Part shown: positions 60,274-64,000 of the stretch, piece by piece
Numbering within the stretch: position 1 is the stretch's first letter
How the letters are laid out: every line of letters starts with the position of its first letter
NCBI GenBank assembly: GCA_963729195.1
Contig: CAVSNF010000025.1
Coordinates: 94,438-158,437, forward strand
DNA from: an uncultured Actinomycetes bacterium
GTDB taxonomy: Bacteria > Actinomycetota > Thermoleophilia > Gaiellales > JAICJC01
DNA: 64,000 nucleotides
Reading direction: 5' to 3'
Translations under genes and position numbers: made by a program
Notes under the pieces: generated by a model
The model's input: only the letters and a program-made list of their open reading frames with translations
Told to the model about the DNA's origin: nothing
Database searches by the model: none

Positions 60274-60314
60274 ATAACGGTGCCTGGCACCGTTATTCAC
60301 CCCGTTATTCACCC
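60269..60314. repeat. REP-like palindrome, copy 3, with partial tandem duplication
   Basis: GGTGAATAACGGTGCC-T-GGCACCGTTATTCACC followed by a second CCGTTATTCACCC. Confidence 0.85.
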
Positions 60315-60321
60315 GTAGCCG

Positions 60322-61021
60322 CTACGCCGGGTGGAGCAGCTGATCCACCACCGCCGACAGACCGTCCAGCGAGGCTAGCTCGGCGTCCGGTTCGATATCG
60401 GCGGGCAGCTCGGCCCCGTTTCGGTTGATCCACACCGCCCGCATCCCCATCGCCTGGGCGCCGCGAATGTCGGTGTCGAGATCATCGCCCACGTGCACCC
60501 ACCTGGCCGGGTGGCCGCCGGAGAGCTCCACCGCGTGCAGGAAGGCATCGGCAGCCGGCTTCGGATCGCCCACGCGCTCGGCGTGGACGATGAAGGCAAA
60601 CGTCTCGGCCAGCGGCAGCCGGTCGACCGGAAAGTTGCCGTTGGTGATCGCGCCCAGCACGTGACCGGCCTCGAGCCAGCTGCGACAGGGCCGGCTCCAC
60701 GTCGGGATGCAGAACGACGCTGGTCACACGCGCGTCCATCCAGGTGGCCACCATCCACTCGGGCAACCCTTGCTCGACCACGCCGTGGTTGGCGAGCACC
60801 CGCCGAAACGACTCCCGGCGAAGGTCTTCGAAGCTGCCCCGCTGCTCGGCCGCGACCTGCGCCCGGACGCGGTGAAGCTCGGCCACGTCGACCGCACCTC
60901 GGAGATCCGGCCGGCGCTCCTCCAGTGCGGCCAGCGTCGCCCGCAACGCGCCGTCCATCATCGGCAGGAACTCCCACAGCGTCTCGTCGAGATCAAATGA
61001 GACGACGCTGGTGCCGGTCAC
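60322..61021 (-). CDS. HAD-superfamily hydrolase (YigB-like; frameshift near 60665)
   Basis: FDLDETLW, ITNGN, KP, HVGDDLDTDIRGA. Confidence 0.85.
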
Positions 61022-61505
61022 GACCGCCCCAGCAATGCGACCGCGTGGCAGGCCGCTCCCTCACCCCGCCCGGCGAAGCCCAGGTGATCGGTGGTCGAGG
61101 CCCGCACCGTCACCCGGGCGACCTCCACTCCAAGCACCTCCGCCAGCGCCGAGCGCATGGCATCGCGGTGACGGAGCGAGCTTGGGGGCCTGCATGATCA
61201 CGATCGCGTCGACGTTTCGGATCTGCCAGCCCTGCGCCTCCAGGGCCGCCCACGCGACCCGCAGGAGCTCCAGTGACGAGGCGCCCTCGAGCGCCGGATC
61301 GTCTGAGGGAAAGAGCGCGCCGATATCCTCGCCGCCGGCCGCTCCCAGCAGTGCGTCGGTGACCGCGTGGCACACCAGGTCGGCATCAGAGTGGCCGACC
61401 AGGCCGCGGGCGTCGGGGATCGTGACACCCGGCCAGCACCAGCGCACGCCCGTCGGCGAACGCGTGCGCGTCGTAGCCGATGCCGACACGGAGATCGTCG
61501 CTCAT
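61018..61505 (-). CDS. ispF: 2-C-methyl-D-erythritol 2,4-cyclodiphosphate synthase (frameshifted)
   Basis: RVGIGYDAH, GHSDADLVCHAVTDALLGA, DIGALFP, ASTTDHLGFAGRGEG. Confidence 0.9.
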
Positions 61506-62178
61506 GCCAGGGCCTCGGCCAGGCGCAGGTCGTCCGGCTCGGTGATCTTGAGATTCGCCCGCTCGCCCGGCACCCACACCACCCGCATGCCCGCGTTCTC
61601 GAGCAGGGACGAGCAGTCGGTAGCGGCGTGCAGCTCCGCCAGAGGGCCGATCGTAGGCTCGCCGCAGACAGTCGGCCCGAAAACCCTGGGGTGTCTGCAC
61701 CGCCACCAGGCCGTCGCGTTCGAGCGTGGAGGAGACCGCCTCGCCGGCGGTGCGCTTGATCGTGTCTGACACCGGCAGGGCCGGAACGGCGCCGTCGGCA
61801 TCGGTGAGCGCCGCCAGCACCCGCGTGACCAGATCGTGCGAGGCCAAGGGGCCGCGCGGCATCGTGCACCAAGACCAGATCGGCCGTGTCGGGCAGCTCC
61901 GCCAGACCGGCTGCCACCGATTCGGCCCGGGTGGCGCCGCCTGCGATCACACTCGCGACCTTGCCCGCCACCATCTGATCGGCCAGCAGCTGAGCCGGGT
62001 CTTCCCACCCCGCCGGCACCACCAACACCATCCGGTGGACGTCGTCGTGGTCCTCGATCAGGGTAATCGCCCGCTTCAGCAGCACGTCACCCTGGAAACC
62101 GACGAACGCCTTGGGCCGGTCGGCACCAAACCGCTTGCCCTCTCCCGCCGCCACCACGATCGCCCACGTCTGCGCCAA
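61502..62178 (-). CDS. ispD: 2-C-methyl-D-erythritol 4-phosphate cytidylyltransferase (frameshifted)
   Basis: AAGEGKRFG..PKAF, GGATRAESV, VHDAARP, DTIK, QTPQGF, NLKITEPDDL. Confidence 0.9.
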
Positions 62179-63228
62179 CTACGACTCCGTCATGCGCGTG
62201 AAGATCATCTTGCCCGAGGGCGACTGCAACACCGAGGTGACCTGTACCGAGACGCTCGATCCGACCTGGGCGCGACCGCCTTCAACCACCACCATGGTGC
62301 CGTCGTCCAGATAGCCGACGCCTTGATCGGCTTCCTTGCCTTCGCGGATCAGCCGCACCGTGAACTGCTCACCGGGGAGCACAGCCGGTTTGAGCGCGTT
62401 TGCCAGCTCGTTCACGTTCAGGATCTCGACGTCCTGGATACGCGCCAGCCGGTTCAGGTTGTAGTCGGTGGTGAGGATCCGAAGGCTGCGCTGCTTGGCC
62501 AGCTTGAGCAGCTTGGAGTCGACCTCGGGGATGTCGGGGAAGTCGACGTCGGGGACCGAGACGGTGACCTCTCCGCGCAGCCCCTGCACCACTTCCAGGC
62601 CGCGGCGGCCACGGTTGCGCTTGAGCGGGTCGGCCGAGTCGGCCACCTGCTGCAGCTCCTTGAGCACGAACTCCGGCACCACCAGCTCGCCCGACAGAAA
62701 TCCGGTCTTGACGATGTCGGCGATCCGCCCGTCGATGATCGCGGACGTGTCGACCAGCGTGGCGGAGTCGCGGTTGGCGGCGTCCATCTCCGGCTCACCC
62801 ACCGAATGGACGCCCACCAGCCTGAGGATGCCGCGGTGTTTCTTGGCGCCCACCACCGCAAACGCGTACCCCAGGATCAGGAACAACGGAAGCAGCACCC
62901 AGTCGCCGATGTACGGCAACGAGTGCACGGGGAAGTACAGCAGCACGGCAACCAGCAGGCCCACCAGCAGGCCGACCGCGGCCACCGTGAGCTCACCCGC
63001 ACTGCGAGATTGGACTGCGCGTTCAAGTCGCTTGAAGGAGCGCTGTAATCCCTTCCCGACCAATCCGCCAACCATCCAGCCAACGGCGAAGATCAGGAGA
63101 ATGATGATGCCAGCGGCGACGTACGCGTAAGAAGCCGAAAAATGATCTCGAAGCCTGGAATACAGGCCCGCCTGTATGGCACCCAGCACAGCCAAGAGCG
63201 AGAGAACGACTCGGGATACCACCACCAT
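62179..63228 (-). CDS. Membrane PIN/TRAM domain protein (YacL-like)
   Basis: Four TM; DTSAIIDGRI, RGRRGL, TTDYNLN, GKEADQGVGYLDDGTMVVVE. Confidence 0.92.
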   Translation of the reverse strand: MVVVSRVVLSLLAVLGAIQAGLYSRLRDHFSASYAYVAAGIIILLIFAVGWMVGGLVGKGLQRSFKRLERAVQSRSAGELTVAAVGLLVGLLVAVLLYFPVHSLPYIGDWVLLPLFLILGYAFAVVGAKKHRGILRLVGVHSVGEPEMDAANRDSATLVDTSAIIDGRIADIVKTGFLSGELVVPEFVLKELQQVADSADPLKRNRGRRGLEVVQGLRGEVTVSVPDVDFPDIPEVDSKLLKLAKQRSLRILTTDYNLNRLARIQDVEILNVNELANALKPAVLPGEQFTVRLIREGKEADQGVGYLDDGTMVVVEGGRAQVGSSVSVQVTSVLQSPSGKMIFTRMTES

Positions 63229-63314
63229 CGTCTGTTCACTCCTCTGATGTGTTCTCTATGTCAACGTGTCGGTTGGGCTATCGGCCTCCGACCGCGACTC
63301 CTTGAAAATATCGG

Positions 63315-63821
63315 CTACGCCCGCGCCTTGCGGGTAGAGCCAATGTCGTCCAGCACCTCCTCGAGATACTCGCGGGCCTCGTCCTCATCCATGCCCTTGG
63401 CGTACATCAGCTCGGACGCAAGAATCCGCTTGGCCTTGGAGAACATCTGCTTCTCTCCGGTGGAAAGGCCCTTCTCCTGGTCGCGCTGGGCCAGGTTGCG
63501 AACAACCTCGGCCAGCTCGAACACGTCGCCGGTCTTCATCTTGTCCCGGTTGTGCTTGAACCGCCGGTTCCAGTTCTTGGGCATCTTGGTGCCGTCGCCC
63601 TGGAGCACGGCCAACACTTCTTCGACCGTCTCCTCGCCGATTACCTTGCGCAGACCTGCCCGGTCAGCGCTGTCGGACGGGATCATCACGGTCATGTCGT
63701 TGTGCAGAATCTTGATCGTGAGGTATTCGCGTTCGGACTCGGAGTCCTTGCGCACTTCCTTGGTCACAATTGTGCCCGCCCCGTGGTGCGGATACACGAC
63801 CTTATCGCCGATGTCGTACAA
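63315..63821 (-). CDS. carD: CarD family transcriptional regulator
   Basis: GDKVVYPHHGAG, NWNRRFK, GDVFELAEVVRNL, LSTGEK; TTG start. Confidence 0.93.
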   Translation of the reverse strand: MYDIGDKVVYPHHGAGTIVTKEVRKDSESEREYLTIKILHNDMTVMIPSDSADRAGLRKVIGEETVEEVLAVLQGDGTKMPKNWNRRFKHNRDKMKTGDVFELAEVVRNLAQRDQEKGLSTGEKQMFSKAKRILASELMYAKGMDEDEAREYLEEVLDDIGSTRKARA

Positions 63822-64000
63822 GGCCAAATAACCCTTCCATTGGTGCCATGAAAAGACCCGTGCGAGCGCTTGGAGAACCGCGACCCAACAGGCGCCCAGA
63901 GTGAACATTCTATCAGAGAGCGGCTCCGGGGGACGAAAGAATCGACCTCATTTGCAACACTTCCAGGATGATTCTCGCCGTTCGTGCCAACATTGCCAAG

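Noticed and set aside
22662-60314. Palindromic repeats as a CRISPR array
   Set aside because: Only three copies, 12-25 kb apart, with no spacer structure and no cas genes
61018-62178. ispD and ispF as pseudogenes
   Set aside because: All catalytic motifs are present and only single-base shifts intervene. In a normally essential pathway this points to sequencing indels.
1309-63048. Numerous long antisense or alternate-frame ORFs rich in Arg/Pro/Ala/Gly (e.g. 1437-2861, 21386-22669, 32505-33224, 42513-43895, 61726-63048)
   Set aside because: Shadow ORFs expected from stop-codon scarcity in high-GC coding DNA; no motifs

Overview
High-GC bacterial chromosomal window. The gene order carD-yacL(PIN/TRAM)-ispD-ispF ... 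gltX-cysS-rlmB-yacP-sigH with a Firmicute-type SigH, plus many apparently leaderless genes, suggests a deep-branching actinobacterium such as Thermoleophilia (inference). Layout: 1-760 is probably the edge of an element at tRNA-Leu(GAG). 794-22.7 kb holds mixed genes: secG, GT4, DUF4395-Trx, GGDEF/EAL, CocE, DEAD helicase, GH26, tRNA-Thr, HtrA, a LysA-like decarboxylase, an orphan AbiEi-like antitoxin and a phosphatase-sulfotransferase-antiporter operon. 22.7-27.8 kb is a copper-handling operon (CopCD, YcnI) headed by a membrane protein ending in a RAPP stalling-type motif. 27.8-35.3 kb has core genes, an internally deleted GluRS and a MoaD/ubiquitin-like::beta-propeller fusion. 35.4-60.3 kb is an accessory block bracketed by two identical 29-bp palindromes. 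It contains a GntR-controlled catabolic island and an MprAB-like two-component island with three phosphoesterases and repeated TCTCA(G/T)-N5-TCTCA(G/T) boxes. 60.3-64 kb returns to core genes. Many genes, including ispD and ispF, carry single-base frameshifts, most likely sequencing or assembly indels, so they are reported as CDS. All calls come from motif recognition by eye; no searches were run.
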